The translations under genes and the position numbers were made by a program. From a virus, in IMG/VR virus record IMGVR_UViG_3300027977_000027, positions 1-64,000 of that record: 64,000 nucleotides of DNA; one strand, written 5' to 3'. Shown piece by piece: positions 10,185 to 19,722 of this stretch (the stretch's first letter is position 1; each line of letters opens with the position of its first letter). Below the pieces are notes generated by a model, which saw nothing but the letters and a program-made list of their open reading frames with translations, was not told the origin of the DNA and searched no databases.

Positions 10185-10268
10185 ATTGAGCACAAAAAGG
10201 AAGCCCCAGAAATGGGGTTTTCTTATTTTTACTATTTACACTTATTTTTAAAATACTTAAATTTGGGT

Positions 10269-10523
10269 ATGAAAAAAATAGTAATAAAAGAAATCGACAG
10301 ACTTAATAGCACTGTCCACAAACCAAAATCAATATCTGAGTATTTAATCTATGTTATGTTAGATGATGTAAAGTTAAAAGCGTATACTGAGATAGGTGAA
10401 GCTGCTAAAAAAGAAAGAGTAAACGAACTGTTGCTTACTCATTTTATAACAGAACAAAATAACAAAATAAATACTCAAGACATGATACAAGAAATGTCTT
10501 TGGAAGAAATTAAAAAAATGTAA
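10269..10523 (+). CDS. Hypothetical protein
   Basis: ATG 10269 (MKKIVIKE...) within track ORF 10182. Confidence 0.55.
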   Translation: MKKIVIKEIDRLNSTVHKPKSISEYLIYVMLDDVKLKAYTEIGEAAKKERVNELLLTHFITEQNNKINTQDMIQEMSLEEIKKM

Positions 10524-10525
10524 TT

Positions 10526-10570
10526 ATGGAAAACAATTATCCTTTGGTTCTAGTGTTTTATTTACTCTAA
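10526..10570 (+). pseudogene. Orphaned 5' stub of the 11760 gene
   Basis: MENNYPLVLVFYLL* versus MENCKFPLVIVFYLD at 11760. Confidence 0.7.
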
Positions 10571-11347
10571 TTTGTTACGTTTAATATCCCTATTTATTTT
10601 GCTACACAATGGTTGTAAATTAGTATAATGATTTAATCTAATGACATCTTCTTCAGTGATTGCTGTTGAAGTTGGAATTATGTGGTCAATATCCCAACCA
10701 TAATTAAATTCACCATTATATTTACCATGATTATCCCAGTTCATCCATGGCTCAAAGTTTGATTCCAAATGAGTTTTTAATACTTCAAACGAACAACCTA
10801 AAATATCTATCGTTTTACATTCTTTAACGAAACCATTTCGCTTAATCATAGACCTAAAAGCATTTCTAATATTGACTTTTAGTTTAAATAGTGGGTCTGA
10901 AGAATATTTTTTAGTAAACCAAGTGTTAATTTTTTCTCTATTTTCTTGTCTATATTTATTTGCATAATCTAATGTGTATTTTTTATTTTCCGCCCTCCAT
11001 TTTTTCTGTTGCTCACTAATTAACTCTTTATTTTCTTCTCTGTATTTCTTTAATCTTTCTTTTTCTTTAGCTAAAAACTCATCATTATTTCTATAGTTTT
11101 TACTATAAGTTTTTCTATACTCAATATTATTTTCTAACCAAATTTTATGTTTTTTATTTATCTCTTCTTTGTTTAAAAAATAATATTTTTTATTGTAGTT
11201 TCTTTTTTGTTCTATATTTTCTAAATAGTTTTCTTTAACACATAATTTACAATAGTTTTTATAACCATCTTTCTGTGCCTTATTTCTACCAAATTCTGTC
11301 AATGGTTTAGTAAGTTTACATCTACTACAACGCTTATTTTCCATCAT
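10562..11347 (-). CDS. HNH homing endonuclease
   Basis: CSRC...CKLC zinc ribbon, helical repeats, WDIDHIIP...NHYTNLQPL...N. Confidence 0.85.
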   Translation of the reverse strand: MMENKRCSRCKLTKPLTEFGRNKAQKDGYKNYCKLCVKENYLENIEQKRNYNKKYYFLNKEEINKKHKIWLENNIEYRKTYSKNYRNNDEFLAKEKERLKKYREENKELISEQQKKWRAENKKYTLDYANKYRQENREKINTWFTKKYSSDPLFKLKVNIRNAFRSMIKRNGFVKECKTIDILGCSFEVLKTHLESNFEPWMNWDNHGKYNGEFNYGWDIDHIIPTSTAITEEDVIRLNHYTNLQPLCSKINRDIKRNKLE

Positions 11348-11495
11348 TTAAAGAATTAAAACGCTGCTCCAACAACCAGTTGATTAATTTGGATTTATTA
11401 ACATCTTCTATAACCATCTTATCGTAATTTTCGATGGATATGGTAACACTGAGTTTACCTTTCTTTTCTTCTAGTGATTTTGATTTTCTTCCCAT
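11334..11495 (-). CDS. Small ribbon-helix-helix-like protein, missing from ORF track
   Basis: MGRKSKSLEEKKGKLSVTISIENYDKMVIEDVNKSKLINWLLEQRFNSLNDGK; ATATTTAT upstream; overlaps HNH start. Confidence 0.65.
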   Translation of the reverse strand: MGRKSKSLEEKKGKLSVTISIENYDKMVIEDVNKSKLINWLLEQRFNSLNDGK

Positions 11496-11552
11496 ATTAG
11501 TATGTATTTATACTAATAAATATCTGTAAATAATAAAAAAGTAATAATTTTA

Positions 11553-11678
11553 TTACTTTTTTGAAAAATATTTTGTTAGCAATAAATCAATTAGTTTAGA
11601 TTTATTGAAATTACCGTCATCCAGTTTTTTGATTATTTCTGGTGATAAAGCGATTGTGATAATTTTATATTCTTTCAT
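11553..11678 (-). CDS. Second small ribbon-helix-helix-like protein
   Basis: MKEYKIITIALSPEIIKKLDDGNFNKSKLIDLLLTKYFQKK; shares NKSKLI with neighbour; ATATTTAT upstream. Confidence 0.6.
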   Translation of the reverse strand: MKEYKIITIALSPEIIKKLDDGNFNKSKLIDLLLTKYFSKK

Positions 11679-11759
11679 AGTTATAAATATAGATTAAAAA
11701 TAAATACAAGTCAATACTTGACTTTATAAAGGAGTTTTAGTATTATTGTGGTAAAAAAT

Positions 11760-12125
11760 ATGGAAAACTGTAAATTCCCTCTCGTTATTGTCTTTTACCT
11801 AGACAGCGAACTTATGAAAAACCCACAAATCATAAAACCTTTTGCTGAATCTATTGATAAGATGTTAGCTTTTAAAAAAGCTAATGCGTTGGCTTTCTTT
11901 TTACCAACAAATGGTGAAGAACGTGTTGAATGTATCAATCCAGTTACGGTTAAAGAAGAAGATATGGAAAAAGTAAATAAATTGATTCAAGACATCAAAC
12001 AAAATTTCTCTATAGGTGTTGAAATGGATTTACCAGTTGATGAAGTTGTTGTTGAAGATGAAACCGAAGGAGGTAAACCATGTGATTGTGGAAGTAACCC
12101 AGATGGAAAATGTAAATGTGATTAA
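11760..12125 (+). CDS. Hypothetical protein
   Basis: ATG 11760, Cys-rich tail. Confidence 0.65.
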   Translation: MENCKFPLVIVFYLDSELMKNPQIIKPFAESIDKMLAFKKANALAFFLPTNGEERVECINPVTVKEEDMEKVNKLIQDIKQNFSIGVEMDLPVDEVVVEDETEGGKPCDCGSNPDGKCKCD

Positions 12126-12126
12126 T

Positions 12127-12315
12127 ATGAACCATCAAGAAAAAGCAATTTTATATGATAATTGCATTCGTGAAAGCGATAGACTTCAGAGAGAAAACTC
12201 TAAATTAAAATCAGAATATGTCGCTAATATACCGCCACATATAGAGAAACAAATAAAAAACAATGATGCTAGAATTGCCGTACTTGTTGCTAGACTAGAA
12301 AGTCTTTTTAAGTAA
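12127..12315 (+). CDS. Hypothetical protein
   Basis: MNHQEKAILYDNC... coiled coil. Confidence 0.55.
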   Translation: MNHQEKAILYDNCIRESDRLQRENSKLKSEYVANIPPHIEKQIKNNDARIAVLVARLESLFK

Positions 12316-12318
12316 ACA

Positions 12319-12996
12319 ATGGATAAATCTAATATTTTAGCTTTCTTAAATAGACATTACAGAATCGAAAACGATTCTTTTTTTGATATTACGTTAGATA
12401 AAAAAGTTTATGGTTCTGACATATTGGAACATTTGAATGTGGTGTTTTCAATAGACGAAAACATAAACAAAGAATTAATAAAGGAATGGGCGTTAAAAAC
12501 AATAACATTAGAAACCTTTCAAGAAAATTGGGAATTCAATAGACCTATTCCAGAGGTTGGTAGATATGAATTAAAAAGAATGAATAGATTTATAATAACA
12601 TTTCCAGAACACTTCAACATACCACAATGGGTTGCTCTTGAAACATCTAGACCATCAGCTAGATTAATAACGAAAGATATTTTAGGTTTTAAATTGTTTA
12701 AGAAATTTGTTTGGGATGATATGATTATAAAAATGAGAGACCCAATTGGCCCATCAACATCACAATCTCTTATGGATTTAATTCATAAAAGTTTATATGA
12801 AAAAAAACAAATAATCAAAGATAAATTTGATTTAAAATTAGAAATGCTTGACCCAGTAGGTCATGTTGTTGAAAAGTGGGCTCTTTCTAATTGTGAATTT
12901 AAATCTATCCATTTTGGTGAACTATCTTACCAAATAGACGACCCAGTTGTTTGCTCTTTAGTAATTAAATTAGGTGATGTAGTACTTGAATATTAA
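12319..12996 (+). CDS. Protein with C-terminal T4 gp19-like tail tube domain
   Basis: RMNRFIITFP...RPS...WDDMIIKMRDPIGPSTSQ...LEMLDPVGHVVEKW...FGELSY resembles myovirus tail tube. Confidence 0.6.
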   Translation: MDKSNILAFLNRHYRIENDSFFDITLDKKVYGSDILEHLNVVFSIDENINKELIKEWALKTITLETFQENWEFNRPIPEVGRYELKRMNRFIITFPEHFNIPQWVALETSRPSARLITKDILGFKLFKKFVWDDMIIKMRDPIGPSTSQSLMDLIHKSLYEKKQIIKDKFDLKLEMLDPVGHVVEKWALSNCEFKSIHFGELSYQIDDPVVCSLVIKLGDVVLEY

Positions 12997-13649
12997 GGTC
13001 TAGTGCTACGTCTTCTTATTTTGGTATAAGGCCAATTTGTCTTATTGTGTATCAAGTCGTACATTCTACCTATATTAGCTTTACTGGCGGTACCCATAAA
13101 CATAAGGCTTTTTATCTTTTGTTTTTTCGCTATTTTTGCTAATGTATGATGTAGCCTTTGAGCGTCTTCCATATTTTTACATAAAACCATATCAAATTGG
13201 TCTTCATTGTATATGATTAATTTATTGTATACAACAATAATTTGCTTTACCATTTTTTTAGCGTGGGCCCCAGCAACCAACCTCTTAACAACTTCTTTTA
13301 TTGTTGGTCTTTCTTTTTTTGGGTTAAAACCGTATATCCAAAATGTTTCCTCTATTTGATATTCATCTGAATGTAGGATGGTCCAATCACCCAAAGGTGG
13401 TTCTATATATGTTCTTCCAAAGTCATCCCTAAGAGTTCTAAATGTGTCTGTTTCTTCAGTTGGTTTTGTTACACATATTTGATACTTAACTGGTTTTATA
13501 CCTTTTGTATTAATAAACTTTTGTGGAAACATCACTATATTTTCACCTTTTATTCTATGAAAATTAATGAATGCGGTTTCCCTAGTTCTACATCTATGTA
13601 GAGTTTTCTTGTAAATACCGTTTGCTATTAAAACTACTCTATATTCCAC
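12993..13649 (-). CDS. Hypothetical protein
   Basis: 218 aa ORF. Confidence 0.7.
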   Translation of the reverse strand: MEYRVVLIANGIYKKTLHRCRTRETAFINFHRIKGENIVMFPQKFINTKGIKPVKYQICVTKPTEETDTFRTLRDDFGRTYIEPPLGDWTILHSDEYQIEETFWIYGFNPKKERPTIKEVVKRLVAGAHAKKMVKQIIVVYNKLIIYNEDQFDMVLCKNMEDAQRLHHTLAKIAKKQKIKSLMFMGTASKANIGRMYDLIHNKTNWPYTKIRRRSTRP

Positions 13650-13706
13650 GATTTATTTGGATTGTTAAATAAATTTACGTATCTTTACAAAAAAATAAAT
13701 ACCAAT

Positions 13707-14687
13707 ATGTTTAGAAAAGACTATTACGAAATACTTGGCGTAACAAAAGAAGCTTCAGCTGAAGAAATAAAGAAAGCTTATAGGGATTTGGCAAAGAAAT
13801 GGCACCCTGACAAAAACCATAACAATGCAGAAGCTGAAGAAAAGTTTAAAGAAATATCTGAAGCGTATGAAACATTATCAGATACGGTTAAAAAACACAA
13901 ATACGATAATAATGACCGTTTTTCTGGTTTTAATTTTGATTTCTCAAGCATGGGTCGTCAAAGACCTATGAGAGTTGGGGAAAATATTAAGTTAAATTTA
14001 AAACTTACATTGGAAGAAATATTTTCTGGTGTTAAAAAATCATACAAATATAAAAGAAAAGATAGTTGTTCCTCATGCGATGGTCATGGCGGTAGTGATT
14101 CTCAAACTTGTCCAAGCTGTAACGGCACTGGAGCCGTTGTTCAAATATTTAACACACCTATAGGTCAAATTAGACAAGCCATGGAGTGTCCAACTTGCAA
14201 TGGCTCTGGTCAAACGTATAAGGATAAATGTAACGTATGTAATGGTGAAAGTGTAAAATTGGTTGAAGAAACGATTGAGCTAGAGATACCATATGGCGTT
14301 GCTGATGGGGCTACATTTGTCATGGGTGGCAAAGGTAATGCAATTAAAAGTGGTAGACACGGTGATTTATATTTTGTGGTAAATGAGTTGCCACACCATA
14401 GGTTTGTTAGAGATGGAAACAATTTAAAAATTAATTTAAAGCTATCGTACCCACAACTAGTATTGGGTGATAAGGTTGCAGTTGAAACAATTGATGGTAA
14501 CAAAATTAGAGTTAATATACCAGAGTACAGCCAATTAGATTCTAATTTAAAAGTTGTTGGTAAAGGAATGACTGAATTTAGAAGTGGTAATCGTGGTGAT
14601 ATGATAATAAATTTAGGGATAACAATACCTAAGAAGATTGATGATGAGACTAAAGAACTCTTGGAAAAATTAAAGACTAAAATTTAA
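13707..14687 (+). CDS. dnaJ: Chaperone DnaJ
   Basis: J domain KDYYEILG...HPD, four CxxCxGxG repeats, C-terminal domain. Confidence 0.95.
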   Translation: MFRKDYYEILGVTKEASAEEIKKAYRDLAKKWHPDKNHNNAEAEEKFKEISEAYETLSDTVKKHKYDNNDRFSGFNFDFSSMGRQRPMRVGENIKLNLKLTLEEIFSGVKKSYKYKRKDSCSSCDGHGGSDSQTCPSCNGTGAVVQIFNTPIGQIRQAMECPTCNGSGQTYKDKCNVCNGESVKLVEETIELEIPYGVADGATFVMGGKGNAIKSGRHGDLYFVVNELPHHRFVRDGNNLKINLKLSYPQLVLGDKVAVETIDGNKIRVNIPEYSQLDSNLKVVGKGMTEFRSGNRGDMIINLGITIPKKIDDETKELLEKLKTKI

Positions 14688-14762
14688 TATGCTACTTGCA
14701 TGTCTCAAAATTATGCAGTAGATTTGCAACAAGAATAACAAAAAAAATTAAAAACAAAATTT

Positions 14763-15197
14763 ATGGCTAAGTACGAAGAACCTTTTGAGGACACACAATC
14801 ACTATTTAACGAAGTTATTGAAACAACTGGGTTAAACAACTACATGAACATTAATGTTCTTGCTGATAACAAAGCAAAAGACATTTTTAAAGTTAACAAA
14901 TCTAATGAACTTCTTAAGTACAGAACTGGTGACGATGTTAACATTATTTTAAATGAAAGTATTTTTGACAAATTAACTAACGAACAGAAACGAATCGTTG
15001 TTGAGGAAGCGATTGCTTATATCTCTTTTGATAGTGAAAAGGATAAAGTAATCATCACCAAACCAGACTTTATAGCTCACAGCGGTATTTTGCGTAAACA
15101 CACCTTCAACACTGTTGAGGTTGTAAGAGAATCTGTTAAAACTCTTTATCAAGCTCAAGAACAAGAAGAAGAAGAAAACGTACAAACAACAAATTAA
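14763..15197 (+). CDS. Hypothetical protein (phage metallopeptidase-like fold, catalytic motif degenerate)
   Basis: IILNESIFDKLTNEQKRIVVEEAIAYI...KPDF resembles the family but lacks HExxH. Confidence 0.45.
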   Translation: MAKYEEPFEDTQSLFNEVIETTGLNNYMNINVLADNKAKDIFKVNKSNELLKYRTGDDVNIILNESIFDKLTNEQKRIVVEEAIAYISFDSEKDKVIITKPDFIAHSGILRKHTFNTVEVVRESVKTLYQAQEQEEEENVQTTN

Positions 15198-15198
15198 A

Positions 15199-15456
15199 AT
15201 GACTGTAGAAGAAATACAAGAAATAAATCCAGAAGCATTAATTTGTGATGGATTTGATGAAGCAATAATAGGCATGGCTGAGAGAATTAATCTCGGCCCT
15301 GTCGTTGCTTACAGTTTTGAAAAAATACTAGACATACTAATCAATAGAGATGGAATGACATATGAAGAAGCTATTGAATATTATGAATATAATATTGTTG
15401 GTGCTTGGATGGGTGAATTCACACCTGTATTTATAACAAATTATCAAAATTATTAA
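15199..15456 (+). CDS. Conserved phage hypothetical protein
   Basis: DGFDEAIIG...EEAIEYYEYNIVGAWMGEFTP. Confidence 0.75.
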   Translation: MTVEEIQEINPEALICDGFDEAIIGMAERINLGPVVAYSFEKILDILINRDGMTYEEAIEYYEYNIVGAWMGEFTPVFITNYQNY

Positions 15457-15693
15457 ATGAAAGGATTATTATTTAACATGTTGAGGACTCAATTAGAATC
15501 TCAACGAAGCAAAGCTTTGCTAACACTACATTTACTAGCCAATCATTCAGTTGGAATTGGTGACCATTCAACTGGGGATTATTATAAAAATGCTGATGAA
15601 GCATTAACCATGTTGGCTGAAGCTAATGATAAACTTGAAACACTAGCTAAGTATGTAGAATCAGAAAGTGCAAAGTATTCAACAGAATGTTAA
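15457..15693 (+). CDS. Conserved phage hypothetical protein
   Basis: VGIGDHS motif, 78 aa. Confidence 0.7.
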   Translation: MKGLLFNMLRTQLESQRSKALLTLHLLANHSVGIGDHSTGDYYKNADEALTMLAEANDKLETLAKYVESESAKYSTEC

Positions 15694-15724
15694 CTAACTA
15701 AAGAACAATAAAAATATAATACAA

Positions 15725-16420
15725 ATGAATATCGCAAACGAGTTTAAAGATTATGCTATAAAGCATATGGGTGTTTCATCGCTGAATTTTTACCATTGGG
15801 AACAGCTTCAAGAAAAGCTGTATGGTTCCAGTGCTTCGCTGACACCATATATTTTGGAAGAAAGAGAAATGCGTGTAACACAGATGGATATTTTTTCCAG
15901 AATGATGATTGACCGCATTATATGGTTAGCTGGACCAGTTAATGATAGAATGAGTACCGTTGTTCAAGCACAACTTATGTTTTTGGATAACTTAGAAACA
16001 AAAGATATTACTTTGCATGTTGATAGTCCAGGTGGTTCTGTAAAGTCTGGCTTGTCTATCGTAGATGTTATGGATTATGTTGCGTCTGATATTGTAACTA
16101 TAAACACTGGTATGGCTGCAAGCATGGGTAGTGTTTTGCTAGGTTCTGGAACCAAAGGAAAGCGCTATAGCTTACGTTTCAGTAGAGTTATGTTACATCA
16201 AGTATCTGGAGGTGCTGAAGGGAACATTCAAGATATTCGTATTAGTTTAGCTGAAGCTGAAAAATACAATGAACTTCTTTTTGGTCTTCTTGGTAAATAT
16301 ACAGATAAAGACCCAAAACAAGTTATGGATGACGCTAGCCGTGATAAATGGCTAAATTCAGATGAAGCTCTTGCTTATGGAATAATAGACAATGTTATAA
16401 CGAATAAAAAGAAAAAATAA
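15725..16420 (+). CDS. clpP: ATP-dependent Clp protease proteolytic subunit
   Basis: DIFSRMMIDRII, DSPGGSV, AASMG (Ser), MLHQ (His), RDKWL...EALAYGIID. Confidence 0.95.
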   Translation: MNIANEFKDYAIKHMGVSSLNFYHWEQLQEKLYGSSASLTPYILEEREMRVTQMDIFSRMMIDRIIWLAGPVNDRMSTVVQAQLMFLDNLETKDITLHVDSPGGSVKSGLSIVDVMDYVASDIVTINTGMAASMGSVLLGSGTKGKRYSLRFSRVMLHQVSGGAEGNIQDIRISLAEAEKYNELLFGLLGKYTDKDPKQVMDDASRDKWLNSDEALAYGIIDNVITNKKKK

Positions 16421-16533
16421 TTTCTAAACGTACTTGCATTTTTAAAAATGATTTAGTACCTTTGCAATAGAGATAGAGATATGTGGTCTTTTTTAATAGG
16501 CCACATATTTATATCATACGTTCTTTAACTTAT

Positions 16534-16890
16534 GGGGATATAAAGGTATTGACTGAATATAGTCGTAATTGGTAAGCATGTAGTGCTAGATGGAAGCACT
16601 TTAATCTCGCTATTAACACTTTTAGATGGCAACGATTTTGTTGTATCCGAAAATTTCCTTACCGAAGCTGCTTGCAGTTTCGCTGGAGAGCTTGCTGTAG
16701 CCTAATATAGCTGATAGTGATAATTCACTTCATCGTGGTATGTTCCACGGCATGATGGTAGACCATTAGGGTCTCTTGATTTCCTTCACAAATAATCAAG
16801 ATATTTTGTTTCGTTAGAAAATGAGACTAAACATGTAGAAAGTCTTTCAAGAGTATTCAACACATGGGTTCGATTCCCATTATCTCCACC
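16534..16890 (+). ncRNA. ssrA: tmRNA
   Basis: GGGGATA 5' end pairs with TATCTCC-ACC with G3:U; T arm atgggTTCGATTcccat; tag frame 16628-16705 GNDFVVSENFLTEAACSFAGELAVA*. Confidence 0.9.
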
Positions 16891-16937
16891 GTTGACTTTT
16901 TTGTACCTTGCCGTATATTTATAATAAAAATAGATAT

Positions 16938-17765
16938 ATGGCAAGAAAAGAAAAAACGATACATTACTTATATAAAACAACTTGTTTAATAACTGGTAGG
17001 TGGTATGTAGGGATGCACAGTACATGTAACATGGATGATGGTTATATGGGTAGTGGAAAACGATTACGACATAGTATACGTAAGTATGGTGTTGATAATC
17101 ATGTTAAAGAAATATTAGAGTTCTTTGATAATAGAGAAGACTTAGCAAAACGTGAAACAGAAGTTGTTAATTACAAGTTGATTAAAGAAGAGTTTTGTAT
17201 GAATTTAACAACTGGTGGTTTAGGTGCTGGTTTTATGGATGAAGAACATATGTTAAAATGTTCTAAAGCTGGTAATAAAGCTTTTAAAGAAAAATTATTA
17301 AATGATGAAGTTTTTCGAGATAAGTTTATAAAAACAAAAAGCGATTTTTCAAAAAAAGCTATGATTGATGGAAGACTTAAATCAATTAATAAATCTTATG
17401 ATTGGACTGGTAAAAAACATTCAGACCAAACTAAGCAAAGAATCTCTGAATTAAAAATAGGGACTGGAACTGGTGAAACAAATAGTCAATACGGTACATG
17501 TTGGATTACAAAAGATGGTGTAAATAAAAAAATAAAAAAAGAAGATATTGAGACCTATCTAAACGAAGGGTGGGTTAAAGGAAGATACGCTAATATAAAA
17601 GGTGAGTTAGTTAAAAATAGTAAATTATCAAATGATGATGTTATTAAAATAAAAGAAATGTTAGATAAGAAAGAATTATCACAAAGTAAAATTAGTAAAA
17701 TTTTTAACGTTCACCAAGAAACTATAAGTAAAATTAAAAGATGTTTAATATATAAAGATATTTAA
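16938..17765 (+). CDS. GIY-YIG homing endonuclease with NUMOD3 and HTH
   Basis: HYLYKTTCLITGRWYVGMH...YMGSG, GKKHSDQTKQRIS, terminal HTH. Confidence 0.85.
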   Translation: MARKEKTIHYLYKTTCLITGRWYVGMHSTCNMDDGYMGSGKRLRHSIRKYGVDNHVKEILEFFDNREDLAKRETEVVNYKLIKEEFCMNLTTGGLGAGFMDEEHMLKCSKAGNKAFKEKLLNDEVFRDKFIKTKSDFSKKAMIDGRLKSINKSYDWTGKKHSDQTKQRISELKIGTGTGETNSQYGTCWITKDGVNKKIKKEDIETYLNEGWVKGRYANIKGELVKNSKLSNDDVIKIKEMLDKKELSQSKISKIFNVHQETISKIKRCLIYKDI

Positions 17766-17894
17766 TATTCTATAAACGATTCATTTATTAAACAAATATC
17801 ACCAGATTTACATCCGATACTTTATGCCACTGGGTGTAAAATAAAAACCCCCAGTAAATCGCTTTATTGGGGGTAATTTTGGTGTCCTTAACAC

Positions 17895-17993
17895 TTATTT
17901 ACTAGGTGTTGGAGGAGTAGTTGTGGTTGTTGTTGTTGTTGTTTGGGTTGGGTTCGGCTTACCACATCCGCATCCGTTACTAACTGAGTTCAT
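17895..17993 (-). CDS. Small GCGCG/Thr-rich peptide
   Basis: MNSVSNGCGCGKPNPTQ-(T)n-PPTPSK, 32 aa; TATTTATA upstream on minus strand. Confidence 0.5.
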   Translation of the reverse strand: MNSVSNGCGCGKPNPTQTTTTTTTTTPPTPSK

Positions 17994-18069
17994 GTTCTTT
18001 GAATTTTATTGTGTGTTATTGTTGTATATAAATACTTGACTTAATAAAAATAAGACCTTATATTTTATT

Positions 18070-18285
18070 ATGTTTAAAACAAAGTATACGGTATCATTAT
18101 TAGATAGTAAATGGAGTGTTGTTAAAAATAATGTGAAACTTTATGCACTACCAAGAAAAGATGAATATATTTTCTTTGATGGGTTGTATTATGAGGTTTT
18201 AAATGTTGTTCATTCTGTTGATAATAAACATATAATTTATGTCATTATCAATGAAGTGCCTTACCAACATAAAACAAAAAATTAA
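18070..18285 (+). CDS. Hypothetical protein
   Basis: 71 aa ORF. Confidence 0.6.
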   Translation: MFKTKYTVSLLDSKWSVVKNNVKLYALPRKDEYIFFDGLYYEVLNVVHSVDNKHIIYVIINEVPYQHKTKN

Positions 18286-18377
18286 AATTTTTTTTTGATT
18301 TTACTTGACAACTGATGATTTTTTTCGTACCTTTGCATATATATTACTAAAGCGTTCATTAACATAAATTATCCAAA

Positions 18378-18613
18378 AAGATGGGTTCTGCAAACGAACT
18401 TAAAACTACAAATTGAGCACAAAAAGTATGTAGGTCTTTTTAAAGTTCAGCTACTACAATAGGCTTGGCAACAGGACTAGTTTGTAGGAGTAACTTTAAG
18501 CTAAAACTACCATGGCGTAAGTCCATGTAAAAAAATACTTCATGACGGAGGTCATGTCAAAAAACTGCCAGGTAAACGGGAGTCCTGTAAAATAAATACG
18601 AACAGCCATCTTG
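18378..18613 (+). ncRNA. Putative structured RNA, helix-RUUCWGCAA family copy B (~236 nt)
   Basis: aagatgg-g-ttctgcaa (18378-93) closes with ccatctt-g (18606-13); internal hairpins; own TAnnTTTG promoter at ~18328. Confidence 0.55.
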
Positions 18614-18621
18614 GGATAAAT

Positions 18622-18691
18622 AGAGGAATCGTCTAAGGAAAGACACCACCCGAATGGGGTGTTGATATGAGTGCAAGGCTCATTTCCCCTA
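18622..18691 (+). tRNA. tRNA-like element with non-canonical anticodon and T loops
   Basis: agaggaa/ttcccct acceptor, gtc/gac D stem, cacc/ggtg stem, atgag-tgcaagg-ctcat T arm. Confidence 0.4.
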
Positions 18692-18750
18692 CTAAAAAGA
18701 ATCGAAACGTAATCCTTGAAACACAAGTTGTTTCTTTTCTTAACTTATAT

Positions 18751-18825
18751 TGCGGGGTAGAGCAGTGGTAGCTCGCTAGGCTCATAACCTAGAGGTAGGT
18801 GGTTCGATTCCATCCCCCGCTACCA
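18751..18825 (+). tRNA. tRNA-Met(CAT), initiator type
   Basis: Cloverleaf, loop ctCATaa, unpaired 1:72, encoded ACCA. Confidence 0.9.
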
Positions 18826-18829
18826 AAAA

Positions 18830-18887
18830 AGAATGGATTCAGCAATTTAAAAAAATTTTTTATGGAAAAAAAAACAAAACCATTCTG
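18830..18887 (+). ncRNA. Minimal helix-RUUCWGCAA family RNA, copy C
   Basis: agaatgg-a-ttcagcaa ... ccattct-g around an A/U-rich loop; terminator at 18898-18928. Confidence 0.5.
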
Positions 18888-19054
18888 TAACTAACACAAA
18901 CCCCACTTATGTGGGGTTTTCTTTTTTATACAAATTTTAAATTAATTTTTTTTAATGTTTTTATTAATTTTACTATACAATGGTTGTAAGTTAAAAATAA
19001 GTTCGTGCCAATAGTTGTTTATTTCTGATTTTATTAGTATTTTTGTATAAAAAC

Positions 19055-19678
19055 ATGAGAAAAAAAATAATTGGTTTATCTGGAAAAATAGGTAGTGGAA
19101 AAGATACCTTTGCTGAATTATTATCTAAACAATTACAAGATAAAGTTGAAAGACATGCTTTGGCTGACAAGTTAAGATTGATAACTGAGATTGTTAGTGG
19201 TGTTAGAATGACAACAACACATGAAGTGAATAAACCGTTTTGTAATGAAATACGTAACTACACACAAGACCAAAAAAACATAGTTATTAAACAATTTAAT
19301 AAGACTATTGGGGAAACATTACAACTAGTCGGTACCGAATTATTTAGAGATAATTACGATACTGATATTTGGGTTAAATCTTTATTCAATCATGAGTTAG
19401 AAAAAAAATTAAGTGATGGTAAAATAATTGTTATTCCAGATGTAAGATTTATAAATGAGGCTGATTATATAAGTAAAGAAGGTGGGTATTTAATCAGGTT
19501 AGAAGGTGACCCAATGGATGTTAGAAAAAATAGTTTACGTGATTTAAACCACGTTTCTGAAACAAATTTAGATATATATACAAATTTTGACAAAATCATT
19601 TACAATGATAAAAAAGATATTAATCATTTAAAAAATATTGTTAATGATTTAATAATTGAATTATCGTTAAATATTTAA
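19055..19678 (+). CDS. Deoxynucleoside monophosphate kinase (T4 gp1-like)
   Basis: IIGLSGKIGSGKDT, ALADKLR, LQLVGTE, IPDVRFINE, HVSE. Confidence 0.9.
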   Translation: MRKKIIGLSGKIGSGKDTFAELLSKQLQDKVERHALADKLRLITEIVSGVRMTTTHEVNKPFCNEIRNYTQDQKNIVIKQFNKTIGETLQLVGTELFRDNYDTDIWVKSLFNHELEKKLSDGKIIVIPDVRFINEADYISKEGGYLIRLEGDPMDVRKNSLRDLNHVSETNLDIYTNFDKIIYNDKKDINHLKNIVNDLIIELSLNI

Positions 19679-19722
19679 AAATTAAAATATTTTTAATACC
19701 TTTGTAAAAATATTTATTGATT

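Noticed and set aside
18378-18720. RNase P RNA
   Set aside because: Universal GAGGAAAGUCC and ACAGAA..CGGC P4 elements are absent.
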